Source: an uncultured Verrucomicrobiae bacterium
Lineage (GTDB): Bacteria; Verrucomicrobiota; Verrucomicrobiia; Limisphaerales; Palsa-1400
DNA length: 64,000 bases
Assembly (NCBI GenBank): GCA_963707025.1
Contig: CAVPOM010000004.1
Span: forward strand, 64,001 to 128,000
Direction: 5' to 3'
Position numbers and translations under genes: made by a program. Position 1 is the first letter of the stretch, and the number at the start of each line of letters is the position of its first letter. Below are positions 55,853-64,000 of this stretch, piece by piece. The notes below the pieces were generated by a model that worked only from the letters and a program-made list of their open reading frames with translations, ran no database searches and was not told the DNA's origin.

Positions 55853-56599
55853 TCAGCTTTGAGCCATGCCGCCATCAACCAGCAGTTCCGTGCCGGTCAC
55901 GAAGCTGGCATCAGGCGACGCGAGAAATGCGACCGCCTTGGCGATTTCGCCGGGTTGACCAATCCGGGCGAGCGGAACTTGGGCAACAATCGCTCCGCCC
56001 ATTTCCTGAACGGCGGCCTCTGGCAAACCCATCTTGCCAAAAATCGGCGTGGCAACCGGACCTGGGCTGACCACGTTGACGCGAATCTTACGGCTCGCAA
56101 CTTCAAGCGCCAGAGTCTTGACAAGGTTGTTTAACGCGGCTTTGCCCGCCGCGTAGATGCTCGCTCCCGGCATCCCGAAATGCGCCACGCTGGAGGATGT
56201 GAACACGACCGACGCTCCCTCGGTGAGCAACGGCATGGCGTACTTGGCGGTGAAATAAGCGCCCTTAAAATTCGTGTTGGTCATTTCATCGAAAAGCTCC
56301 TCGGTGGATTCCGCCAATGGCGCGAACTTCGCGATGCCCGCATTGGCAAACAGGATGTCTATGTGTCCGACTTTTTCGCGAATGGTTTGGAACACGCGCT
56401 CGATGTCCGCAATGCGTGACACATCGGCGACCAAGCCGAGCGTATCGCCGCCGAGTTCCCTGGCCGCAGACGCGACGGCCTCCGGTTTGCGCCCGATGAT
56501 GATGACCTGCGCGCCCTCCTGTTTTAATTCGTGAGCGGTGGCGAGGCCAATGCCGCTGTTCCCGCCGGTGATGACGGCTACTTTATTTTGGAGTTTCAT
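55853..56599 (-). CDS. SDR family oxidoreductase
   Basis: TGGNSGIG, NAG, YAAGK, VSPGP, VDGG. Confidence 0.95.
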   Translation of the reverse strand: MKLQNKVAVITGGNSGIGLATAHELKQEGAQVIIIGRKPEAVASAARELGGDTLGLVADVSRIADIERVFQTIREKVGHIDILFANAGIAKFAPLAESTEELFDEMTNTNFKGAYFTAKYAMPLLTEGASVVFTSSSVAHFGMPGASIYAAGKAALNNLVKTLALEVASRKIRVNVVSPGPVATPIFGKMGLPEAAVQEMGGAIVAQVPLARIGQPGEIAKAVAFLASPDASFVTGTELLVDGGMAQS

Positions 56600-56658
56600 G
56601 ATGTTTTCGCTGATTGATGTCTGGTTTGAATGATTATTTCAAGCTGTTGTCGTCAGAT

Positions 56659-57732
56659 TCAGTCCCGCAGCACATGGCAGGTGTAGCCGCCAGGATGTTT
56701 GACGAGATACTTTTGATGATATTCCTCCGCCGGGTAAAATGTCGTTGCCGCAGTAATCTCCGTCGTGATCGGCCGGTTGAATTTGCCCGACTTGTCCCAG
56801 CGCGTCTTCACGCGTTCGGCAGTCTGTTTCTGTTCGGCGCTCGTGTAGAAAATGGCCGAGCGATATTGCGTGCCCGCGTCGTTGTGCTGCCGGTTCAGCG
56901 TTGTCGGGTCGTGCATGCGAAAGAAATAATCCAGCAAAGACTCGTAGCTGAGCCGGGTGGAATCGAACACCACCTGAATTGATTCCGCATGGCCAGTGGC
57001 GCCGGTGCAAACATCCTCGTATGTCGGGTCCGGCGTCGCGCCCCCGGTGTAACCGACCGTCGTTTTGATGACACCGGGGATCTTGCGAATGATTTCCTCC
57101 ATGCCCCAAAAGCAACCACCCGCCAGGATAGCCGTTTCATGCGCCGGGGCCTTGATGACACCTGTTTTGACAAACGGCTCAAGATATTGGCCGTAGCCGG
57201 CTTGGTCCATGTCGTCCACCGGAATAAATTTCAGCGCGGCGGAATTGATGCAGTAACGCAAGCCGTTCGCGCCCGGCCCGTCGTCGAACACATGGCCGAG
57301 ATGCGAGTCCGCCACGCTCGAGCGGATCTCGGTCCGCACCATGCCCAGGGTGGAATCCTTTTTCTCGACGACAGCGCCGCTTTGCAGTGGCTGGGTGAAA
57401 CTCGGCCAGCCCGTGCCGGAATCAAACTTGTCCAGCGAACTGAACAACGGCTGGCCCGAAACCACGTCCACGTAGAGGCCGGGCTTATGATTGTCCCAAT
57501 ACGCGTTATGGAACGGCGGTTCCGTGCCGGATTGTTGGGTGACCGCGAACTGTTCGGAGGACAGCTTCTTTTTCAACTCCGCCAGATCCGGTTTCTTGAA
57601 ATCCTGCATATGTTCTGGTTCGTAGGTTGAAATCTCGGCCGGCTGCGCGCGCCCCTGGCGCGCCACAACGGCGAGACCGACCGCCAATAAGGCCGCCGCC
57701 GCCGCCACGGCTGCAGTTTTAATTGAGGGCAT
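56659..57732 (-). CDS. msrAB: Exported bifunctional methionine sulfoxide reductase MsrB-MsrA
   Basis: [20 protein letters not shown] (MsrB); [14 protein letters not shown] (MsrA); signal peptide. Confidence 0.95.
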   Translation of the reverse strand: MPSIKTAAVAAAAALLAVGLAVVARQGRAQPAEISTYEPEHMQDFKKPDLAELKKKLSSEQFAVTQQSGTEPPFHNAYWDNHKPGLYVDVVSGQPLFSSLDKFDSGTGWPSFTQPLQSGAVVEKKDSTLGMVRTEIRSSVADSHLGHVFDDGPGANGLRYCINSAALKFIPVDDMDQAGYGQYLEPFVKTGVIKAPAHETAILAGGCFWGMEEIIRKIPGVIKTTVGYTGGATPDPTYEDVCTGATGHAESIQVVFDSTRLSYESLLDYFFRMHDPTTLNRQHNDAGTQYRSAIFYTSAEQKQTAERVKTRWDKSGKFNRPITTEITAATTFYPAEEYHQKYLVKHPGGYTCHVLRD

Positions 57733-57808
57733 AGGCTTTCCAATTATTCAGTTTCACTTTCATTTAATGCTCTTGGCGCCAGAACTCCAATCCGCGCCCT
57801 AAACATGA

Positions 57809-57834
57809 GTCGCGCGGCCCGCTGAAAGCTTACA
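57809..57834 (-). promoter_or_regulatory. Candidate ECF promoter TGTAAG-N16-CGAC
   Basis: Minus strand TGTAAG CTTTCAGCGGGCCGCG CGAC upstream of msrAB. Confidence 0.75.
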
Positions 57835-57921
57835 GAGGAAAATGAAAAGGCGTTGGTCTGCCTTCCACGGGCCAAAGCTGGGAGAGTTTGCTTTTCCCGC
57901 ATGAATCATTAGATTTTACCC

Positions 57922-58572
57922 GTGAACGCGGACAAAAATTCAACCGCAAGCCAGGCGTTGCCTCGAGAAAGCGCTCTCGCGGCTCCAGCCCTGTCCGACC
58001 CAGAGCGGTGGGTGGAACTTCACGGCGATTACCTTTTCAGGTACGCCATGATGCGCCTGCGCGACCCCAGCAAGGCGGAAGATGCTGTCCAGGAAACCTT
58101 TCTCGCCGCGCTAAAAGGAGGCAAGAGTTTCGCCGGACGGTCGGCGGAGAAGAGTTGGCTGGTCGGTATTCTTAAAAACAAGATTTCCGATTATTATCGC
58201 AAAGCCAGCCGCGAAACCTCGTTCACAGACCTGGAGTTTTACTCGGACGAAGAGAGTGACCGCTTTGTCGCGGACGGCCTGTTCAAAGACAGTTGGATTC
58301 ACGAACTCGGCCCGCAGGAGTGGTCTAGTCCCGGCGCCAGTCTGGACAGCGAGGTGTTTTGGCAGACTTTTCGCGATTGCTCGAGCAAACTGCCAAAGAA
58401 CGTCGGGACTGTATTCACTTTGCGGGAGGTTGATGGCATCGAGAGCAGGGAGATTTGTGCAATGCTGAACATTTCCGAGAGCAATCTTTGGGTGATGCTG
58501 CATCGCGCCCGCATGGCCTTGCGCCGCTGCCTGGAAACGAACTGGTTTGGAAAAAGGGACCCGCAGGAATGA
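57922..58572 (+). CDS. ECF sigma-70 factor
   Basis: AEDAVQETF, SWLVGILKNKI, EICAMLNISESNLWVMLHRAR. Confidence 0.95.
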   Translation: MNADKNSTASQALPRESALAAPALSDPERWVELHGDYLFRYAMMRLRDPSKAEDAVQETFLAALKGGKSFAGRSAEKSWLVGILKNKISDYYRKASRETSFTDLEFYSDEESDRFVADGLFKDSWIHELGPQEWSSPGASLDSEVFWQTFRDCSSKLPKNVGTVFTLREVDGIESREICAMLNISESNLWVMLHRARMALRRCLETNWFGKRDPQE

Positions 58573-58648
58573 AATTTGGCCAGGCACATCGCCCGGCGCC
58601 CGCGAGATGCGCGAGGCGGGTGAATCAAAAAGACGAAAAAAATCGGCT

Positions 58649-58674
58649 TGTAAGGTCTGTCCTTTTGGCGCGAC
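58649..58674 (+). promoter_or_regulatory. Candidate ECF promoter TGTAAG-N16-CGAC
   Basis: TGTAAG GTCTGTCCTTTTGGCG CGAC upstream of msrP. Confidence 0.75.
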
Positions 58675-58792
58675 CCATCCTGGACAGTTAAACCTGAACA
58701 ACAAAAACGAAAGAAACGAAAACAAGCTTATGAAATTAACACCGTGTCGGGTATGGACATGCCGGCACGCCCCGCTCAATAATTGATGGCCT

Positions 58793-59788
58793 TTGCTTTT
58801 GACTGATTTCGTGAACGATTCAAACAAAATATTGGCCCGTGAGATAACCGACCCCGGGGTTTACTTTAATCGCCGGAAATTCATCCGCGCGGGCATCCTT
58901 TCGGCCAGCGCCGTGGCTACCGGGTTGGTCTATCGGCGTCTCAATCATGCCGCGACGGGTACTGTTGACACGCCCTTGATCCAGGGACTGACAGCGCCCG
59001 CCGCGGCGGGGGATGCCGCCGGCTTTCGCGCCACCGATGCGGAGACCTCCCTCCAGAACATCACGCATTACAACAATTTCTATGAATTCTCGACCGACAA
59101 GGAAGGAGTCGCAGCGGCGTCGGCCAAATTTGAGACTAAAAGCTGGCGGGTGTCGGTTGAGGGCTTGGTGAGAAAGTCCAAGGTTTTCGACCTCGACGAA
59201 TTGTTGAAAATCAGTCCGCCCGAGGAACGAATTTACCGAATGCGTTGCGTGGAAGCATGGTCCATGGTCATTCCGTGGGTTGGTTTTTCGCTGTCTAAAC
59301 TTCTCAATGTGGTGGAGCCGACCAGCGATGCGAAGTATGTCGCCTTCGAGACTCTGCTGGACCCTCAGCGCCTGCCGGGACAACGCAGTGATGTGCTCGA
59401 CTGGCCTTATGTCGAGGGTTTGAGAATGGATGAGGCTATGCACCCGTTGACCCTGCTGGCCAGCGGGCTGTATGGGCGGGAATTGCCGCCCCAAGACGGC
59501 GCCCCGATCCGGCTGGTGGTGCCATGGAAGTACGGTTTCAAGGGGATCAAATCCATTGTCAAGATCAAGCTGGTGCCGACACAACCCCGCACGACCTGGA
59601 GCGCGCAGGCTCCGAATGAATACGGTTTCTACGCCAACGTGAACCCGCAGGTGGACCATCCCCGCTGGAGCCAGGCGACGGAACAGCGGATCGGCGAATC
59701 GGGGCGCCGTCCCACGCTGATGTTCAACGGCTACGCCGAACAAGTCGCCGGTTTATACAGCGGGATGGATCTGCGCGCGAATTTCTGA
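58793..59788 (+). CDS. msrP: Protein-methionine-sulfoxide reductase catalytic subunit (molybdoenzyme)
   Basis: Tat motif [38 protein letters not shown]. Confidence 0.95.
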   Translation: MLLTDFVNDSNKILAREITDPGVYFNRRKFIRAGILSASAVATGLVYRRLNHAATGTVDTPLIQGLTAPAAAGDAAGFRATDAETSLQNITHYNNFYEFSTDKEGVAAASAKFETKSWRVSVEGLVRKSKVFDLDELLKISPPEERIYRMRCVEAWSMVIPWVGFSLSKLLNVVEPTSDAKYVAFETLLDPQRLPGQRSDVLDWPYVEGLRMDEAMHPLTLLASGLYGRELPPQDGAPIRLVVPWKYGFKGIKSIVKIKLVPTQPRTTWSAQAPNEYGFYANVNPQVDHPRWSQATEQRIGESGRRPTLMFNGYAEQVAGLYSGMDLRANF

Positions 59789-59803
59789 CCGGAACACCAC
59801 GCC

Positions 59804-61513
59804 GTGAAAGACAACGACATTCGTTTCGCCAAGTTATTGGTGCTCGTCAATGCCGGCGTGCCGTTGGCCTTGCTGGGCTGGGATGCAGTGCATCACAAGC
59901 TGGGGGCTAACCCGGTCAATTTCGCGATCCTCACGACCGGCATGCTCGCGCTGGTTTTTTTGATCCTGACGTTATTGGTGACACCGTTGCGAAAAATCAC
60001 CGGCTGGAACTGGCTTATTTTCTCGCGGCGCACGCTCGGCCTCTACGCCTTTTTCTACGCCTCCCTGCACTTCCTGATCTTCTTCAGCCTCGACCGCTCG
60101 TTCAGCGTTTCCAGCACGTTGTCTGAAATGGTCAAGCGCAAATACCTGATCGTGGGAATCACCGGCCTCCTGGCCATGGTGCCGCTGGCCCTCACTTCCA
60201 CCAACGCCATGATCAAACGCCTGGGCGGCAAACGCTGGCGGGCGCTGCATCGGCTCGCTTATGTGGCCGCCATTGCGGGGGTGCTCCATTACTACATGCA
60301 GGTGAAGGCCGATGTGCGCCAGCCGCTCGCCTTTGCGGCAGTGCTGCTGGTCCTCTTCGCCTGCCGGCTCATTCCCAACCGCCTCCGCCGTGAGCCGGCG
60401 CCGGTGACCGCCGCCGCCAAGCCGAACCACTGGTCCGGCACGTTGCGCGTGGCGCGCATCGTCAACGAAACACCCGACGTTCGCACCTTCCGCCTCGCCT
60501 CGCCCGACGGCCATCGTCTCCCGTTCCAACATCTGCCCGGTCAGTACCTCGTGCTTTCCTTGCAGATTGACGGGAAAAGGGTCAACCGCACTTATACGAT
60601 CGCTTCTTCCCCGTCCCGTCCCGACTACTGCGAAATCACCGTCAAGCGCGAGGAAAACGGCCTCGCTTCGCGCCACCTTCATGACACCCTTCGCGAAGGC
60701 GACCTGCTCAATGTTTCCGCTCCCGCCGGTCGTTTCACCTTCGACGGCACGCAGTCCAACCGCATCGTGCTCATCGCCGGAGGCGTGGGCATTACGCCGC
60801 TGATGTCCATTTTGCGCTACCTGACCGATCAGAGTTGGAAAGGCGACATCCACTTCCTTTATAGCGCCAAATCTCCACAAGACATCATTTTCCACCAAGA
60901 ACTCGATGGTCTCCAAAGGGGGTTTCCGAACCTCCACCTCCACATCACTCTCACGCGGGCCGAAGGAACCAACTGGGACGGGCGAAAGGGGCGTATCACC
61001 TGCGAAATCCTGAGGCAAACCATACCCGATCTCGCCGGGGGGCCCGTCTATATTTGCGGACCCACCCCCATGATGGAACCAACCATCCAAATACTTCGCG
61101 AGTTGGGCGTTCCCGCGGAGCAAATCAAGTCCGAGGCGTTTGTCGCCGCGAAACGAGCCGAGACCGTCCTGGCATCCTCGGATTCCCCGGCAGCTCCAAC
61201 GCCGTCCGCGACCGGTGCGCTTTCATCAACCTCGCCGGCTGGCGATAAGACAGTCCCCATCTTGACCTTCGCGCGGTCGGTGAAGTCCGCTCCTCTGACA
61301 ACGGAGAAAACGCTGCTGGAAATAGCGGAAGAGGCCGGTATCAACATAGACTTCGAATGCCGCTCCGGGATTTGCGGCCGGTGCAAGACCCGGCTCCTGG
61401 CCGGTTCCGTCAACATGGAAGTCCAGGATGCCCTGGACGACGAGGACAAATCGGAAAAAGTCATTCTGCTCTGCCAGGCCAGGTCCACCGGGAACGCGAC
61501 CATCGAAGCATGA
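59804..61513 (+). CDS. msrQ: MsrQ heme membrane domain fused to FAD/NAD ferredoxin reductase and [2Fe-2S] ferredoxin
   Basis: RRTLGL, LH, ALTS, LHRL.Y, LHY; RTYTIAS, AGGVGITP, YICGP; CRSGICGRC...LLC. Confidence 0.9.
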   Translation: MKDNDIRFAKLLVLVNAGVPLALLGWDAVHHKLGANPVNFAILTTGMLALVFLILTLLVTPLRKITGWNWLIFSRRTLGLYAFFYASLHFLIFFSLDRSFSVSSTLSEMVKRKYLIVGITGLLAMVPLALTSTNAMIKRLGGKRWRALHRLAYVAAIAGVLHYYMQVKADVRQPLAFAAVLLVLFACRLIPNRLRREPAPVTAAAKPNHWSGTLRVARIVNETPDVRTFRLASPDGHRLPFQHLPGQYLVLSLQIDGKRVNRTYTIASSPSRPDYCEITVKREENGLASRHLHDTLREGDLLNVSAPAGRFTFDGTQSNRIVLIAGGVGITPLMSILRYLTDQSWKGDIHFLYSAKSPQDIIFHQELDGLQRGFPNLHLHITLTRAEGTNWDGRKGRITCEILRQTIPDLAGGPVYICGPTPMMEPTIQILRELGVPAEQIKSEAFVAAKRAETVLASSDSPAAPTPSATGALSSTSPAGDKTVPILTFARSVKSAPLTTEKTLLEIAEEAGINIDFECRSGICGRCKTRLLAGSVNMEVQDALDDEDKSEKVILLCQARSTGNATIEA

Positions 61514-61818
61514 ACCGGATCCTTAACATTTTGAAAACCCTCCTCCGCGGGGTTGGCGCGCTTTCCCCCACTTGCAAGCAGGCCGCTCAACTACAGTCGG
61601 TTGCGCTTGATCGCACGCTTACGCCTGTGGAAAGGTTCGGATTACGCTTTCACCTCCTCTTCTGCAAATGGTGCCGCGCCTATGGCAAACAGATAAAGTT
61701 CCTGAGCGCGGCGGCCAAAGAGCACGCATCAGACGATGACCAACCTTCACCCCATCTGGCCCTTTCATCTGAAGCCCGCGAGCGTATCAAACGAAGTCTG
61801 CAATCAGGCAAAGAATAA
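61510..61818 (+). CDS. zf-HC2 (ZAS) anti-sigma factor
   Basis: TCKQAAQL...LRFHLLFCKWC (HxxxCxxC); ATGA overlap with msrQ fusion. Confidence 0.85.
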   Translation: MNRILNILKTLLRGVGALSPTCKQAAQLQSVALDRTLTPVERFGLRFHLLFCKWCRAYGKQIKFLSAAAKEHASDDDQPSPHLALSSEARERIKRSLQSGKE

Positions 61819-61856
61819 TTACCTTCATAATTTTTTCGGCAACGATTCGCGTCTGC

Positions 61857-62303
61857 TTATTTGTGTGGCGCAACTTTCCGGATCTCCTGTTCCGCCTGCA
61901 CCCAGTCCTGAACCGCGTGGCCGTCGTGGCGGCCTTCCTGCTCATATAATTCATAGGCTCGCTTGGCGATCTGCGGGGTCAAATCGGGCGATGTCTTGGT
62001 TTTGGCAGGATCAAGAATTCGATAGGCGAGTATTTTCACGCGGTCATTCACGAGGAACCACACGAGCGCATAGCCCCACACGAACCCGGCCCAACCCCAG
62101 CCCAGGGGCGTCATGAACAGCCCGTAAACTGCGATCAACGTTGCCACGATTTGCGTGCCGACCACCGCCACCCATAGAACCCGCGCGGGGCGTATGGACC
62201 AGAACGGGCCGCGCGCGCGCGTCAGGAAAATCGTCAAATGTCCCGCCACGGACAGCTTCAGATACATCAGCGTTTGGATGTGCGCGTCCACAGAAAACAA
62301 CAC
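61857..62303 (-). pseudogene. C-terminal fragment of plasma-membrane H+ P-type ATPase with DUF2934 tail
   Basis: IQTLMYLKLSVAGHLTIFLTRARGPFWS; IAKRAYELYEQEGRHDG..VQDW.QAE. Confidence 0.8.
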
Positions 62304-62419
62304 GGCGCAGGCATCTCACCTGCGCCCTACAGTTGCCAGAGCACGCTTAGAACTGGTCGCAGGTCGGGAAGCCTGGCGAAGCCTTCACAAACCGTCGCTA
62401 ACTCAACATACCATTCTCG

Positions 62420-62862
62420 TCAGGACCTCAGGATTTCGAACAGCCTCGAAAAAGTGTTCCAGTTGCGGATGGTGATGGATCCGCCGAATTGCTTCTCAAG
62501 TTGGCCCAAGAAGCCAATCGTCCGCATAATTCTCCGGTAAAGACCGAAGACGAATCTTCCTCGAATTGCGACGATCCTGACCACCCAGTCCTCGACGGGC
62601 GGGAGATTGAGCGGGAAGGCAGGCAGGACACGCGGCCGTTTGGCCAGAATGCCGACGAAGCGAACTATGTCCGGCCCGCAAGGTTCTCCCGCATAAGATT
62701 CTGCCGAGACCAGGCGGACGATATCACTTCCTGAACAGATCATCGCCTGGGTTTCGAAGGAAGGACGGCGTCGGATCTCCAGGCGCAACTTTGCCTGGCT
62801 GATCGGCTTCCGAACGACAAAGGTTCCAGTGGCGCCAACGCTCATTACGCCGAGTTGGGCCA
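62420..62862 (-). pseudogene. DUF1697-like protein, 5' truncated
   Basis: SVGATGTFVV...TIRNWNT. Confidence 0.6.
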
Positions 62863-63852
62863 CGCGAGTCACCATTTTGAGCCGCTCCGAAGAGAGCGCG
62901 CGACGGCTGGCAAACCTGGCGAACTTTCGCGCCGCGGCACTGGGTTGCGAACTCGAATGCGAAGCGGCAGCCACAACCTGGGAAGAAGCGGATCTCGAAG
63001 AACACATTGCGAAATGCCTGGCCGCGCCTGGTTCTTCACGCGGCCAGTTTCCAATCCCCATGGCCCAAGGACGACGCCGATTCGCTCTGGCGCAAGGCCA
63101 TGCGTCAGCATGGGTTCGGCCTGACCACCGCTCTCCAGGCCGTGCTGGCCTTTCGCGTCGCGCGCGCCACGCACGCAGGCGCGCGCGGCGCGGCTTTTGT
63201 GAATTGTTGCTACCCGGACGCCGTCAATCCCCTGCTGGCGCAGGCGAAAATCCCCGTGACTTGCGGCGCCGGCAATGTCTCCATCATCGCCGCATTGTGG
63301 CGCTCCCGCGTGCGGTCCGCTGCGCCGGTGCGCATCCTGGCGCATCACGCGCACCTGATGCAGCTTGCCCGGCCCGGCACCGGCGACGGCGTCCTGCCGC
63401 GAGTCTGGGTCGGCGAAAAGGAATGTGACCGCGTTCGCGAGGTTTTGGGCAGCCTGCAGTTCCCGGAGGGTAAGGCGATGAATCATCTGACGGGAGCAGT
63501 AACCGCGACTCTGGCGCAGGCGTTGCTTGGCAAACGCGCGGTCCACACAAACGCGCCCGGTCCGTCCGGTTGGGTGGGCGGCTATCCTGTCGTGGTCCAT
63601 TCAGGCAAGGCAGCGCTCGACCTTCCGCGCGGCCTCTCGCCATCGCAAGCCCGGGCCTTCAACGAGGAAGCTCAACTCGCCGAAGGCATTGTGTCCATCG
63701 GCAGGGAAGGATTGCGCTACACGGAAGCCCTCGCGACGGAATTGCGCCTTTGCGGCAGCCAATTCGCGGAAGGCTTTGGGGTTGACAAAGTTGAGGAGGC
63801 CGCGCGAGACCTGCAAGAAGTTCGATTCCGTATGGGGGGCAACGCGCCTTGA
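62863..63852 (+). pseudogene. Rossmann-like hypothetical protein, 5' truncated, frameshift near 63015
   Basis: RVTILSRSEESARRL in one frame; LVLHAASFQSPW...VNCCYPDAVN...CGAGNV...GGYPV in the next. Confidence 0.55.
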
Positions 63853-64000
63853 ACGTTGGAATCAGCCCAGATCGGGCTGGAAAAACGACTTGCAAACCTG
63901 TGGAGAGGGTGGAGAATTACACAAAGGATCCATGCTGTTTCAATCGAGGTCTTGAAGGGCACATCACGAAACAATGTATGAGAAAAAGTCAATCAGTCGC

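Overview
Window from a GC-rich bacterium. The secreted proteins ending in a '...W...Y.(V/L)Q....L....W...FYR' domain and the glycoside hydrolase content suggest Verrucomicrobiota (Pedosphaera-like); this is inference. (1) <1-8514: an integrative element bounded on the right by a 25-bp tRNA-Gly 3' fragment (attR). It carries a tyrosine integrase, an excisionase, two HTH genes, three secreted cargo proteins and a HUH rolling-circle Rep, but no capsid or conjugation genes. A short ORF runs through attR and is coupled to rep, so excision may rebuild an int-tail-rep operon. (2) 8606-12502: nested IS elements, including an IS1-family element (17-bp IRs, 8-bp TSD) whose passengers are a superinfection-immunity gene with a C4-like structured leader and a proteasome-beta-like Ntn hydrolase. 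(3) 12600-33622: a tightly coupled 21-kb five-gene surface-protein operon. It encodes a ~4,350-aa adhesin ending in a Hint domain (HD instead of HN), a beta-propeller/Ig partner, a Cys-less rhodanese, a cohesin-like protein and an atypical subtilase. (4) 33.9-49.8 kb: a glycoside hydrolase region with many truncated or fused gene fragments. (5) 49.9-61.8 kb: ClC plus a methyltransferase, then a methionine-sulfoxide repair island (msrBA, ECF sigma, msrP, MsrQ-FNR-ferredoxin fusion, ZAS anti-sigma) with three TGTAAG-N16-CGAC promoters; an IS3 interrupts a redoxin gene. (6) Gene fragments at the right end. No rRNA, complete tRNA or CRISPR array was seen. All family calls come from motif recognition, not database searches.
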